Assembly: GCA_017881545.1 (NCBI GenBank)
Contig: JADGQU010000001.1
Location: forward strand, 32,484-96,483
Direction: 5' to 3'
Origin: Gemmatimonadaceae bacterium
GTDB taxonomy: Bacteria > Gemmatimonadota > Gemmatimonadetes > Gemmatimonadales > Gemmatimonadaceae
DNA: 64,000 bases
Position 1 is the first letter of the stretch; each line of letters begins with the position of its first letter. The notes beneath the pieces are model-generated. The model saw only the letters and a list, made by a program, of their open reading frames with translations. It made no database searches and was not told where the DNA came from. The position numbers and the translations under genes were made by a program. Below are positions 54,314 to 64,000 of this stretch, one piece after another.

Positions 54314-57300
54314 GTGGCAACAGCAATCCCGCCCAAGGCTCCAACAACAGTCCTGAGTCGTTTGTTCGGCCGTTCGCGAAACGGAGCTGGCGAAGAACTC
54401 GTCGGTCCGATTCGTGGCGAAGTGCTCGGCCTCGAAAGACTCGGCGAGCGCGCGCGAGCGGTGGCGCGCGGGCATCACCTGCTGCCGGCGCAGAAACAGC
54501 GAGGCGTGGGCCCACTTCTACTTCGTCTCGAGGACACGAGACAAGTTCTCGACCGCGTCTATCACGAGCTGAACAACGGCGCAGAGCGTGGCCTCGACAT
54601 CAGCCCAGCGGGAGACTGGCTGCTGGACAACTTCTACATCGTTCAGGAGCACATCAGGGAGATTCGAACAAATCTTCCCAAGGGGTACTACGAGGAGCTT
54701 CCCAAGCTCGCCACGGGATCGCTTGCCGGTTATCCGCGAGCCTACGAAGTGGCAATCGAGCTGATCGCGCACACGGAAGGCCACCTGGATCTCGACAACA
54801 TCACGCTCTTCGTGCGCGAGTATCAGACGGTAACTCAGCTACGCATGGGCGAGCTGTGGGCGATTCCGACGATGCTCCGGCTGGGTCTGGTCGAGAACAT
54901 CCGGCGAATGGCGTTGCGTGTCGCAGCACGCCTCCAGGAGGTAGAGTCCGCCGACCGAGCCGCCGCGACGCTACGCGAGGCAAGTGAAGAATCTTCGCGG
55001 GCTCTGGCGACAGCGCTCGCCGCCTTCGTCGACGATCATCCGCCGTTCACACCAACGTGGGTCGCGCGTTTCCTCCAGCAAGTCCGGTCTTACCAGACGA
55101 ACTTCACGCCGCTGATCTGGCTCGAGCAGTGGATCGCGGAGGACGGACCGAGCGCGGAAGAGGCGGCGACGCGATCGAATCGCAGAGTGGCGCTGACGCA
55201 GGTAACGGTCGCGAACAGCATCACGAGTCTTCGCACCATCTCGAGGCTCGACTGGAAGGATTTCGTCGAATCCCAGAGCGCGACGGAAAAGCTTCTGCGC
55301 CAGGATCCGAGCGGCCACTATCCCTCGATGACGTTCGGGACCCGCGATCACTACCGTCACGTCGTCGAGCACATCGCCAAGCGGGTCAAGCGGCCGGAAG
55401 ACGAGATCGCGAGCGAAGTATTGGCGTTGGCGAAGCTCGCCGATCCGAGCGATGCGAGACACGCGCATGTCGGCTACTTCCTCGTGGACAGGGGGCGCCG
55501 GGTGCTCGAAGAGAAGGTCGGGTACACTCCACCGCCCGGAGAGTGGCTGTATCGGTGGACACAGCGGCACCCCAACACGCTGTACTTCGGCGGGATAACG
55601 GTCTTCAGCATTCTCGCGCTGGCTGTGATTCTGGAAGTTGTCGAGGGTGCATCGCTGCCGGTTCAGGCAATCATCGCACTCGTCGCGCTCATTCCGGCGA
55701 GCGAGATAGGAATCAGCGTCATCAACCAGCTCATAACGCTGCTAATGCCGCCGCGTCTCTTGTCCAAGCTCGAGTTGCGTGACGACGGGATTCCGGAAGG
55801 GTACATGACGGCGGTGGTAGTGCCGACGCTCCTCGGAAGCGTGCACGGGGTCGAGGAAGCGCTCGAACACCTCGAGGTACAGTATCTCGCCAACCGCGAC
55901 CCGAATCTACAATTCGCGATACTGAGCGATTTTACGGACTCGCCAACCGAGCACAGGCCGGACGATGAGGGGATTCTTGCGGCCGCTGCGGCGGGAATCA
56001 AGACTCTCAACGCGAGGTATGGGAACGCGGGTGATGATGTGTTTTTCCTCTTTCACCGTCCGAGACTCTGGAATCCGAAGCAGAACGTGTGGATGGGCTG
56101 GGAGAGGAAGCGTGGCAAGCTTGCCCAGTTCAACAAATTCCTGCGTGGGGGAGCGGGGGACGCGTTCACCACGATCATCGGCGATACGAGCAGGCTTGGG
56201 TTCGTCCGCTACGTCATAACGCTCGACTCGGACACGGTGCTGCCGCGAGACGCGGCGCAGCTTCTCGTCGGAACGATCGCACATCCGCTCAACCGCGCGC
56301 ACTACGATCCGAAGATCGGACGCATCACCGAGGGGTATGGAATCGTTCAGCCGAGGGTCGGTGTGTCGCTTACCAGCGCACACAAATCCTACTTCGCGTC
56401 GATCCACTCGGGTCACCCGGGTGTCGATCCTTACACGACCGCCGTATCCGATGTGTACCAGGATCTTTACGGTGAGGGCAGCTTCACCGGAAAGGGGATT
56501 TACGATGTCGATGCGTTCGAGGAAGCGACGCACGGGAGATTCCCCGAGAACACGCTGCTCAGCCACGATCTGATCGAGGGAACGTGGACGCGCGCGGGAC
56601 TGGCGACCGACATCCAAGTGTATGACGACTATCCGGCGCGCTATCTGACGTTCACGCGTCGCAAGCATCGATGGATTCGCGGCGATTGGCAGCTTCTCGG
56701 ATGGCTGAAGGGCACAGTTCCAGGTCCGGACGGACCGATGCAGAACCGCCTGTCCGCGATTTCGCACTGGAAGATTCTCGACAATCTGCGCCGAAGCCTG
56801 GTCGAGATCTTTCAGCTGTCGATGCTGATCATCGGCTGGTTCCTGGTTCCGGGCTCCATCGTTCAGTGGACGGGAATCGTGCTGGTAGTGATCGCGTTCC
56901 CCTGGCTCTTCTCGTTGACGATCTCACTGCTGCGGCCGCCGCGCGATCAGTCGTGGCTGGCGTACTACCTGGCGGTGGGGCGCGATGCCATCACGAACGG
57001 GCAACAGTTTGCCCTGGCTGTCGCTTTCCTCCCGCATCAGGCGGTCGTATCCGCCGACGGGATCGTCCGCACGCTGTACAGGCTGTTCATCAGCCATCGG
57101 AATCTTCTCGAGTGGCAAACCGCCTCCCAGGTCGAGCGCGCGCTCGGAGTCGGATCTCAGCGCGAAACCTGGCGCAAGATGTGGCCGGTTACCGCGTTGT
57201 GTCTGGTTCTGGGCACGCTCATCGGCTTTCACGTAACGGTCGGCGGCGGCCTGACCTCCGACCAGCGTTTTCTGTTCATCATGGGCACCCTGCCGTTGGT

Positions 57301-60300
57301 GCTCGCCTGGTTCGCAAGCCCAAGCATCGCGTTCGCACTCAGCCGGCCGGCAATTCTCGGCGAGATCCATCTGACCGAGGCGGAGAGGCAGGCAGCGCTT
57401 CGATACGCAAAACTTCACTGGACGTACTTCGAGAAGTTCGTGACGGAGGAGACGCACTGGCTCGCACCCGACAACTTCCAGGAGGATCCTGAGCCGGTCC
57501 TCGCGCTTCGCACGTCGCCGACCAACATCGGGCTCCAGCTTCTCTCGACGGTGAGCGCGGTGGACCTGGGCTTCATCACCAGATCGGACATGATCGACCG
57601 GGTTGAGAAAGTTTTCCGCTCTCTCGAGCGGATGCGGCGCTTCCGTGGCCACTTCTTCAACTGGTACGACCTGAACGAGCTGCGGGTGCTCGAGCCGGGA
57701 TACGTCTCGACGGTGGACAGCGGAAACTTCGCCGGACACCTAATCGCGCTCAAGCAGGCCTGTTACGAGATGTTGAAGGATCCCGCGTGCTCTGATCTGG
57801 ATGCAAAGCGGCTGAAGGCGATCGCGGAGCGGGCGCACGCCTACGCGGTGGAGATGGATTTCCGCTTTCTCTACGACACCAAGCGAAAGCTGTTCACCAT
57901 CGGGTATCACATCGGCAGCAACACTGTCGACAACTCTTATTACGATCTGCTCGCCTCCGAGTCGCGGCTCGCGTCCTTTATCGCGATCGCGAAGGACGAT
58001 GTCTCGGTCGATCACTGGTTCAGGCTGGGCCGCTCGCTCACCGCCGCCGCGGGGACTAGAACGCTGCTCTCCTGGAGCGGCAGCATGTTCGAGTACCTGA
58101 TGCCGGCTCTGGTGATGCAGACCTTTCCTTTTACGCTGCTCGACCAGACGCACAAGGGAAGCGTGAGGCGGCAGATCGCCTATGGCGCGGAGCGTGGGGT
58201 GCCGTGGGGCGTGTCGGAATCCGCGTACGCCGTACGCGACAGGTCGCACACTTACCAGTACCGTGGCTTTGGAGTTCCGGATCTCGCGCTCAAGCGCGGG
58301 TTGAGCAAGGAGCTCGTCATCGCGCCGTACGCGACGGTGCTGGCGATGCTGGTCGAGCCGCGGCAATCACTCAAGAATCTCACGACTCTCGAGGCGGAGG
58401 GTGCGCTCGGTCCCTACGGGTTCCGCGACGCCCTGGACTACACCAGGCCGTCACCGGGCTCCCGGAAGACGATCGTGGCCACGTTCATGGCGCACCACAT
58501 CGGGATGAGCATCGTCGCGCTCACCAACGCGCTCAACCGGCAGATATGGCCGCGCCGCTTTCACCTCGATCCACTCGTGCGCTCGGCGGAGCTCGTGCTG
58601 CAGGAGAGGATCCCGCGCCGGCTCACGGTGCAGGATGTTCAAGGCGACGATGCCGCGAGGGTGCCGAGCGAGATGGAGAAACCGGCGGTGCGCGAGATCG
58701 AGACGCCGCACACCCCGCAGCCGGTTGTCGGGATCCTCGGCAACGTACCGTACACGACGCTGATCACGAATGCGGGCGGCGGATTCAGCCGTTACGGAAA
58801 TCTCGCTGTTACCCGGTGGCGTCACGACTCGACGCGCGACAACTACGGACAATGGTGCTACGTGAAGGACTTGAGCACGGGCCACGTCTGGTCGACCGCG
58901 CACCAACCATCGGGGACGGAGCCGCAGTGGTATCGCGTGTTGTTCGCGAGCGACCGCATCACGTTCATTCGTCGCGACGGCGACATCGATACCGTTACGG
59001 AAATTGCAGTCGCGTCCGACGATGCGGCGGAAGTACGGCGCGTGATGCTGACGAACAGGTCGCTGCAGCCGCGTGATATCGAGCTGACAAGTTACTCCGA
59101 GGTAGTGCTGGCGCCGCCTGATACCGACCGTGGCCATCCCGCGTTCGCCAATCTTTTCGTGCAGACGGAATTCCTGGAAGGGAAGGCAGCTTTGCTGGCT
59201 ACGCGGCGTTCGCGCTCGGCCACCGAGGCGGCGATCTGGTGCGCGCACGTGGTGGCGTGCGGACCGGAGCTCATGGGGAAGGTCACGTGCGAGACTGATC
59301 GCGCGAAATTCGTCGGCCGCGGACGGTCGGTGAGGAATGCGGAAGCGCTCGATGAAGGTGCGCAACTGACGGGAACGGTAGGCGCGGTGCTCGATCCGAT
59401 CTTCTCGCTGCGCGTGAAGGTGCGGATTCCACCCGGCGGATCGGCGCACGTTGCGTTCACGACGTTCGTCACGGAACAAAAAGAGCGCGCGATACAGCTG
59501 GCCGACCTGTATCACGATCCGTACAGCGCTCGGCGCGCCCTCGACCTGTCGTGGGCGCAGGCGCAGGCGGAGCTGCGTGATCTGGGGATCGCTCCCGCCG
59601 ATGCGGCTCTGTACCAGGATCTCGCCGGCCACTTGATGTTCCCGCACCCGGGATTCCGGCCGGCGCAGAGCGCCGTCGAGGAGAACAAACTCGGACAACA
59701 GGCACTGTGGACCCTCGGCATCTCTGGCGACTGGCCGATTCTTCTCGCGACGATAGACAGCCCTGTCGGAATGCCGAGCGTGAGGCAGCTGCTGAGGACG
59801 CACCACTACTGGAGGCTCAAGGGAATCACCTGCGACCTGGTGATTCTGAACGTGCATCCAGCGACGTACATGCAGGAGCTGAGCGACGAGCTGCTGGCAA
59901 CGGCGATGGCGTCCAGCGAGGCGGGACTGCTCGACCGACCGGGTGGGGTGTTCATCCGGCGAGCGGATCTCCTCAAGCCCGAAGACATCACGCTTCTCAA
60001 GGCAATGGCGCGCGTGCAGGTCAACTGCGACGGCCTGGGACTTGGAAACTTCCTCGAGTTCCCGGGAGTCGAGGACAGATATCCCCCCAAGCTCGAAATC
60101 ATGAATCGCGACATCGTGCCTCTCGGCACGGTGGCAATTCACGCAGAGACAGCTGATCCAGGCACCGGCCTCCAGTGCTTCAACGGACTCGGCGGATTCA
60201 ACGAAGCCGGTGAGTATGAGATCCATCTGACGGGCAGCGACCTGCCGCCCGCGCCGTGGATCAACGTCGTCGGGAACCCGGTGGCCGGCTTCATCGTGAG

Positions 60301-62614
60301 CGAAGGTGGGAGCGGCACGACCTGGGCTGGGAACAGCTTCTTCTATCGCCTCACACCGTGGCACAACGATCCGGTGCGGGATCCATCGAGTGACTGCGTC
60401 TTTCTTCGCGACGATGCGAACGGCGACCTGTGGACGGCGACATCGCGTCCGATCCGCGAGCCGACTCCTTACAAGGTTCGACACGGCGCGGGCTACTCGG
60501 TTTTTGATCACACCCACAAAGGGCTCTCGAGCTCCTTCAGACTCGGCGTCGATCAGAAAGATCCGGTGAAGATCAGCATCCTGACTCTTCGAAATGATGG
60601 ATCCGCACGGAAGAAGCTCACGATCACGTGGTATGTGGAATGGGTGCTCGGCGTAAATCGCGAGACGACGCAGTATCAAATTCGGACGAGCTTCGACGAA
60701 GCCACACAGTCGATGTTCGCACGCAATTATTTCGACGACCAGTTCGCCGAAACAGTCGCCTTTGCATCGATCAGCGAGCGGGTCGCCTACTATACTGCTG
60801 ACCGGCGCGAGTTCCTCGGCAGAAACGGGACGATCTCCAGCCCCGCGGGGCTCGAGCGTGCGGGATTGTCCGGAGCGATCGGTGCGACGATCGATCCGTG
60901 CTGCGCGCTCCAAGTGAGCGTGACGATCGAGCCGGGGGAGACGCGCGAAATCGTCATGCTTCTCGGGGCAGCCGAAGGCGAGGATGCCGTTCGGGATATC
61001 ATCGCGCGAAATCGCACAGCCGCGGATGCAAAACGGGCAATCGATTCGAACATCCAGGACTGGGAAGAGAGACTCAGCGCCGTCAAGGTCAAGACGCCCG
61101 AGCCTACATTCGACTTGATGGTGAACCGGTGGTCCTTGTACCAGGCGCTGTCGTGCCGCATGTGGGCGCGAACGGCGTTGTATCAGTCTAGCGGCGCATT
61201 CGGCTTCCGCGACCAGCTGCAGGATGTAATGGCGTTCGTGTATGCGGACGCCGAGGTTGCGAGAGAGCACATCGTTCGAGCCGCATCCCGCCAATTTGTG
61301 GAAGGCGATGTCCAGCACTGGTGGCATCCGCAGACCGGCCGGGGCGTACGAACCCGCTTCTCGGACGATCTGGTTTGGCTCCCATACGTCATCGACCACT
61401 ACGTAAACGTCTCGTGTGATCGCGGAGTATTCGACGTCGAAGTTTCCTACCTGACGATGCGGCTGCTTAACCCGGACGAGCATGAGATCTACGACCTACC
61501 GAAGATCAGCACCGAGGTTGGGAGCATCTATGACCACTGCGTTCGCGCGCTGAGAAAGGCGTGCACCGCGGGCGTTCACGGTCTTCCGCTCATCGGCAGC
61601 GGTGACTGGAATGACGGAATGAACAGGGTCGGAATTGAGGGAAAGGGGGAGAGCGTGTGGCTCGCGTGGTTCCTGATTTCAACGCTGCGCAAGTTTGCCG
61701 TTCACGCCGAGCGACGCGGAGACACGGCGGTCCGCGACGAAATGCTGGCGAAAGCCGATGGCTACGCCGAAGCGGTCGAGGCCTCGGCCTGGGATGGAGA
61801 ATGGTATCGGCGGGCATACTTCGACGATGGCTCTCCGCTTGGGTCGCGCACGAGCGACGAATGCAAGATCGACTCGATCGCCCAGAGCTGGAGTGTCATC
61901 TCAGGCGCGGGGAGGCCGGACCGAGCCAGGATCGCGATGCAATCGCTGAACAAGCATCTGGTGCGCGAAGATGCGCGGCTCATCCTGTTACTCACGCCGC
62001 CATTCGACAAGACGACGCACGATCCCGGCTACATTCAGGGTTATTTGCCGGGTGTGCGCGAGAACGGAGCCCAGTACACGCACGCGGCGTTGTGGGCCGT
62101 GCTGGCGACGGCGTTACAAGGAGACGGCGATCGGGCGTTCGAGCTGTTCCAGATGCTGAATCCGATCACGCACTCCGACAGCGCGAAGGGGGTCGAGATC
62201 TACAAAGTCGAGCCGTATGTCGTCGCGGCCGACGTGTATACCGCGAAAGGCCATCTCGGGCGCGGCGGTTGGACGTGGTACACCGGCTCGGCGAGCTGGA
62301 TGTATCGGACGGCTCTCGAAGGGATACTGGGCTTCCGGCAGCGCGGTGAGGAGCTGTTCATCGAGCCATGCATTCCCGCACGATGGAAGAAATTCACCAT
62401 CGATTACCGCTTCAAGTCGGCGACCTACGAAATCACCGTCGAGAATCCAGACGGCCTGCAAAGCGGCAGCGTTGAATTAACGGTGGACGGAAAACCGGCC
62501 GAGAAAGCGATCGGACTGGTCGATGATGGCCAGCATCACAAGGTCACTGCGTTGCTGCGTCCTTCTCCTTCTCCGGCTGCGATTGAGGAGAAGCAGGAGA
62601 AAGCCCGACTATAG
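54314..62614 (+). CDS. Cyclic beta-1,2-glucan synthase (Cgs/NdvB/ChvB-like)
   Basis: 2766 aa. GT84 motifs WERKRGKL, TLD-x-DT, LSHDL-x-EG and RWIRGDWQ, then TM block, RTSPTNIG / SWSGSMFEYLMP / PWG-x-SES middle domain, and GH94-like C-terminus GFRDQLQD, GDWNDG, ENG-x-QYTH, WYTGSA. Confidence 0.95.
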   Translation: MATAIPPKAPTTVLSRLFGRSRNGAGEELVGPIRGEVLGLERLGERARAVARGHHLLPAQKQRGVGPLLLRLEDTRQVLDRVYHELNNGAERGLDISPAGDWLLDNFYIVQEHIREIRTNLPKGYYEELPKLATGSLAGYPRAYEVAIELIAHTEGHLDLDNITLFVREYQTVTQLRMGELWAIPTMLRLGLVENIRRMALRVAARLQEVESADRAAATLREASEESSRALATALAAFVDDHPPFTPTWVARFLQQVRSYQTNFTPLIWLEQWIAEDGPSAEEAATRSNRRVALTQVTVANSITSLRTISRLDWKDFVESQSATEKLLRQDPSGHYPSMTFGTRDHYRHVVEHIAKRVKRPEDEIASEVLALAKLADPSDARHAHVGYFLVDRGRRVLEEKVGYTPPPGEWLYRWTQRHPNTLYFGGITVFSILALAVILEVVEGASLPVQAIIALVALIPASEIGISVINQLITLLMPPRLLSKLELRDDGIPEGYMTAVVVPTLLGSVHGVEEALEHLEVQYLANRDPNLQFAILSDFTDSPTEHRPDDEGILAAAAAGIKTLNARYGNAGDDVFFLFHRPRLWNPKQNVWMGWERKRGKLAQFNKFLRGGAGDAFTTIIGDTSRLGFVRYVITLDSDTVLPRDAAQLLVGTIAHPLNRAHYDPKIGRITEGYGIVQPRVGVSLTSAHKSYFASIHSGHPGVDPYTTAVSDVYQDLYGEGSFTGKGIYDVDAFEEATHGRFPENTLLSHDLIEGTWTRAGLATDIQVYDDYPARYLTFTRRKHRWIRGDWQLLGWLKGTVPGPDGPMQNRLSAISHWKILDNLRRSLVEIFQLSMLIIGWFLVPGSIVQWTGIVLVVIAFPWLFSLTISLLRPPRDQSWLAYYLAVGRDAITNGQQFALAVAFLPHQAVVSADGIVRTLYRLFISHRNLLEWQTASQVERALGVGSQRETWRKMWPVTALCLVLGTLIGFHVTVGGGLTSDQRFLFIMGTLPLVLAWFASPSIAFALSRPAILGEIHLTEAERQAALRYAKLHWTYFEKFVTEETHWLAPDNFQEDPEPVLALRTSPTNIGLQLLSTVSAVDLGFITRSDMIDRVEKVFRSLERMRRFRGHFFNWYDLNELRVLEPGYVSTVDSGNFAGHLIALKQACYEMLKDPACSDLDAKRLKAIAERAHAYAVEMDFRFLYDTKRKLFTIGYHIGSNTVDNSYYDLLASESRLASFIAIAKDDVSVDHWFRLGRSLTAAAGTRTLLSWSGSMFEYLMPALVMQTFPFTLLDQTHKGSVRRQIAYGAERGVPWGVSESAYAVRDRSHTYQYRGFGVPDLALKRGLSKELVIAPYATVLAMLVEPRQSLKNLTTLEAEGALGPYGFRDALDYTRPSPGSRKTIVATFMAHHIGMSIVALTNALNRQIWPRRFHLDPLVRSAELVLQERIPRRLTVQDVQGDDAARVPSEMEKPAVREIETPHTPQPVVGILGNVPYTTLITNAGGGFSRYGNLAVTRWRHDSTRDNYGQWCYVKDLSTGHVWSTAHQPSGTEPQWYRVLFASDRITFIRRDGDIDTVTEIAVASDDAAEVRRVMLTNRSLQPRDIELTSYSEVVLAPPDTDRGHPAFANLFVQTEFLEGKAALLATRRSRSATEAAIWCAHVVACGPELMGKVTCETDRAKFVGRGRSVRNAEALDEGAQLTGTVGAVLDPIFSLRVKVRIPPGGSAHVAFTTFVTEQKERAIQLADLYHDPYSARRALDLSWAQAQAELRDLGIAPADAALYQDLAGHLMFPHPGFRPAQSAVEENKLGQQALWTLGISGDWPILLATIDSPVGMPSVRQLLRTHHYWRLKGITCDLVILNVHPATYMQELSDELLATAMASSEAGLLDRPGGVFIRRADLLKPEDITLLKAMARVQVNCDGLGLGNFLEFPGVEDRYPPKLEIMNRDIVPLGTVAIHAETADPGTGLQCFNGLGGFNEAGEYEIHLTGSDLPPAPWINVVGNPVAGFIVSEGGSGTTWAGNSFFYRLTPWHNDPVRDPSSDCVFLRDDANGDLWTATSRPIREPTPYKVRHGAGYSVFDHTHKGLSSSFRLGVDQKDPVKISILTLRNDGSARKKLTITWYVEWVLGVNRETTQYQIRTSFDEATQSMFARNYFDDQFAETVAFASISERVAYYTADRREFLGRNGTISSPAGLERAGLSGAIGATIDPCCALQVSVTIEPGETREIVMLLGAAEGEDAVRDIIARNRTAADAKRAIDSNIQDWEERLSAVKVKTPEPTFDLMVNRWSLYQALSCRMWARTALYQSSGAFGFRDQLQDVMAFVYADAEVAREHIVRAASRQFVEGDVQHWWHPQTGRGVRTRFSDDLVWLPYVIDHYVNVSCDRGVFDVEVSYLTMRLLNPDEHEIYDLPKISTEVGSIYDHCVRALRKACTAGVHGLPLIGSGDWNDGMNRVGIEGKGESVWLAWFLISTLRKFAVHAERRGDTAVRDEMLAKADGYAEAVEASAWDGEWYRRAYFDDGSPLGSRTSDECKIDSIAQSWSVISGAGRPDRARIAMQSLNKHLVREDARLILLLTPPFDKTTHDPGYIQGYLPGVRENGAQYTHAALWAVLATALQGDGDRAFELFQMLNPITHSDSAKGVEIYKVEPYVVAADVYTAKGHLGRGGWTWYTGSASWMYRTALEGILGFRQRGEELFIEPCIPARWKKFTIDYRFKSATYEITVENPDGLQSGSVELTVDGKPAEKAIGLVDDGQHHKVTALLRPSPSPAAIEEKQEKARL

Positions 62615-64000
62615 CGGGGCCGTTGACGACCTTGCCGTACGGATCGAAGCGTGATCCGTGGCACGGGCAGTCCCACGTTCGCTCGGTGTCGTTCCAGCGA
62701 ACGATGCAATAGAGATGGGTGCACACAGCTGAGAGCCGGTGGATCTCGCCCCTCTCGTCGCGGTAAACCGCGATCTTCCCTCTACCGCGACCTACGACGG
62801 CTCCTTCACCCGGCTTGATCGCCGCGACGTCGACGGCATCACCGCCTGTGAACCAGTCCTTGTATTGTTCCGCGACGTTGATGTTTTCCTTCGTGTATTC
62901 CGGGGTTGCGCGGAGCTTGACGCGGGAAGGCTCGTAGAGTCGAGCCCACTGGTGCTTGCGTCCCTGCACCAACTCGTTGAGGATGATGCCCGCAATCGTC
63001 CCATGGGTCATACCATTTCCGGAATCGCCGGTGGCGATCCAGATGTGCTCGTCGCCGCCGGGATTCTTGCCGATGTACGCCAGGTAGTCGACAGGCTCGA
63101 TCACCTGGCCCGACCAGCGGTAGTTGACACGCTCGATCATCGGAAAACGCTCACGGGTCCATTGCTCGAGGCGCGCGAATCTGTCTTCGGTGTCCTGAGC
63201 CTGTCCTGTCTTGTGATCCTCTCCGCCGACGATCAGGATGTCGTAGTCCAGCTCGTGCCCGGATTTGTCCTCGGCGTGCTGGAGGCGGATGTAGTGATAG
63301 GGATCGGGGGTATCCCAGTATAGTCCCTGCGGGACTGACCCCTTCGGAATTCGCGCGCCGATCACATAGGTGCGATACGCGGCCTGCTTGCTGTGTATGA
63401 TGAGCCAGTCGTTGACCGGAGTGTTGGTGCAAACGACGACATTGTCAGCGCTGATGACGTGGCCATCGCTCGTCGTCACTCGCGCGGGTACGCCATCCTC
63501 GATCTTCTCCGCGTGCACTCCAGTGTAGATCTTGCCGCCGTCACGAAGAATCGCACGGGCCAGACCCTTCAGGTATTTGAGCGGGTGAAAGGTGGCTTGC
63601 CGGGGGAAGCGAAGCGCGGGCCCACTATCCCAGAATCCGAACGGGATGCGATCGACGAGCTGGGTATCGGTTATTCCGGCGCGCTGCGTCGCTTCGAGCT
63701 CACGTTCGAGATCCTTGCGCGTGCTCTCGCCGCCGAGAAAGAGGAAACCTTCGACGCGCTGAAAATCGCAGTCGATGTCTTCCATCGACGCTATGGTTTC
63801 GATTCGATGTATCGCCGACATGTGACTCTCGGCCGCCATTCTGGCGCCTTCCTCGCCGTGCATCTTTTCGATGTTGTAGTAGCGATCATCGAGCGCGGAA
63901 GTGAGGTGAGCGGTGGTGCGGCTCGTCTCGCCGCCACCGATTGGCCCGTCATCGATCAGCACCACGGCGCGACCTGCGCGCGCGAGGAGGTAGGCCGTGG
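62544..64000 (-). CDS. FAD-dependent oxidoreductase with C-terminal Rieske [2Fe-2S] domain (YhfW-like), runs off the right edge
   Basis: GET-x-RTTAH, FHPLKY, GNGMTHG, Rieske CTHL-x-C...WDCPCHGSRF. Frame stays open past 63965 (TAYLLARAG). Confidence 0.92.
   Translation of the reverse strand, partial: TAYLLARAGRAVVLIDDGPIGGGETSRTTAHLTSALDDRYYNIEKMHGEEGARMAAESHMSAIHRIETIASMEDIDCDFQRVEGFLFLGGESTRKDLERELEATQRAGITDTQLVDRIPFGFWDSGPALRFPRQATFHPLKYLKGLARAILRDGGKIYTGVHAEKIEDGVPARVTTSDGHVISADNVVVCTNTPVNDWLIIHSKQAAYRTYVIGARIPKGSVPQGLYWDTPDPYHYIRLQHAEDKSGHELDYDILIVGGEDHKTGQAQDTEDRFARLEQWTRERFPMIERVNYRWSGQVIEPVDYLAYIGKNPGGDEHIWIATGDSGNGMTHGTIAGIILNELVQGRKHQWARLYEPSRVKLRATPEYTKENINVAEQYKDWFTGGDAVDVAAIKPGEGAVVGRGRGKIAVYRDERGEIHRLSAVCTHLYCIVRWNDTERTWDCPCHGSRFDPYGKVVNGPAIVGLSPASPQSQPEKEKDAATQ

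Noticed and set aside
58451-61483. 1010-aa antisense ORF inside cgs
   Set aside because: No recognisable motifs. Long antisense frames are expected opposite high-GC genes with biased codon usage.

Overview
Bacterial chromosomal replication-origin region. The high GC content, gene repertoire and protein styles suggest Gemmatimonadota, but that is an inference. Core layout: parS-parA-parB at about 2.6-4.4 kb, polA, rnpB, dnaN-oriC-dnaA, and rpmH-rnpA-yidD-yidC-(MBL hydrolase)-mnmE. Next come housekeeping and envelope genes: upp, a beta-CASP RNase, two M16 protease pairs, an ECF sigma/anti-sigma pair, holA, a SPOR protein, mutS, tonB, cystathionine beta-synthase, ddl, a rhomboid protease, queF and tRNA-Phe. 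The last block holds an M28 peptidase, HxlR/YceI, a PIG-L deacetylase, a putative beta-barrel, a small unknown protein, a 2766-aa cyclic beta-1,2-glucan synthase and a Rieske-FAD oxidoreductase. I saw no integrase, transposase, prophage or CRISPR array. Most interesting non-annotated signals: (i) a B. subtilis-like origin unwinding module (DnaA box + DnaA-trios + AT-rich tract); (ii) a separate IHF-site/DnaA-box element after parB that resembles datA/DARS; (iii) a complete-looking sigma54 promoter (UAS, IHF site, -24/-12) ahead of an ECF sigma factor; (iv) repeated TAnnnT-N6-start signatures of leaderless transcription; (v) a mixed Ser/Thr-kinase / His-kinase / Asp-less receiver-AraC cluster; (vi) twin exported and cytosolic M16 heterodimers; (vii) a QueF with a 14-residue active-site-loop insertion; (viii) a possible cyclic-glucan modification/export cassette. 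All family assignments come from motif recognition by eye, not database searches.
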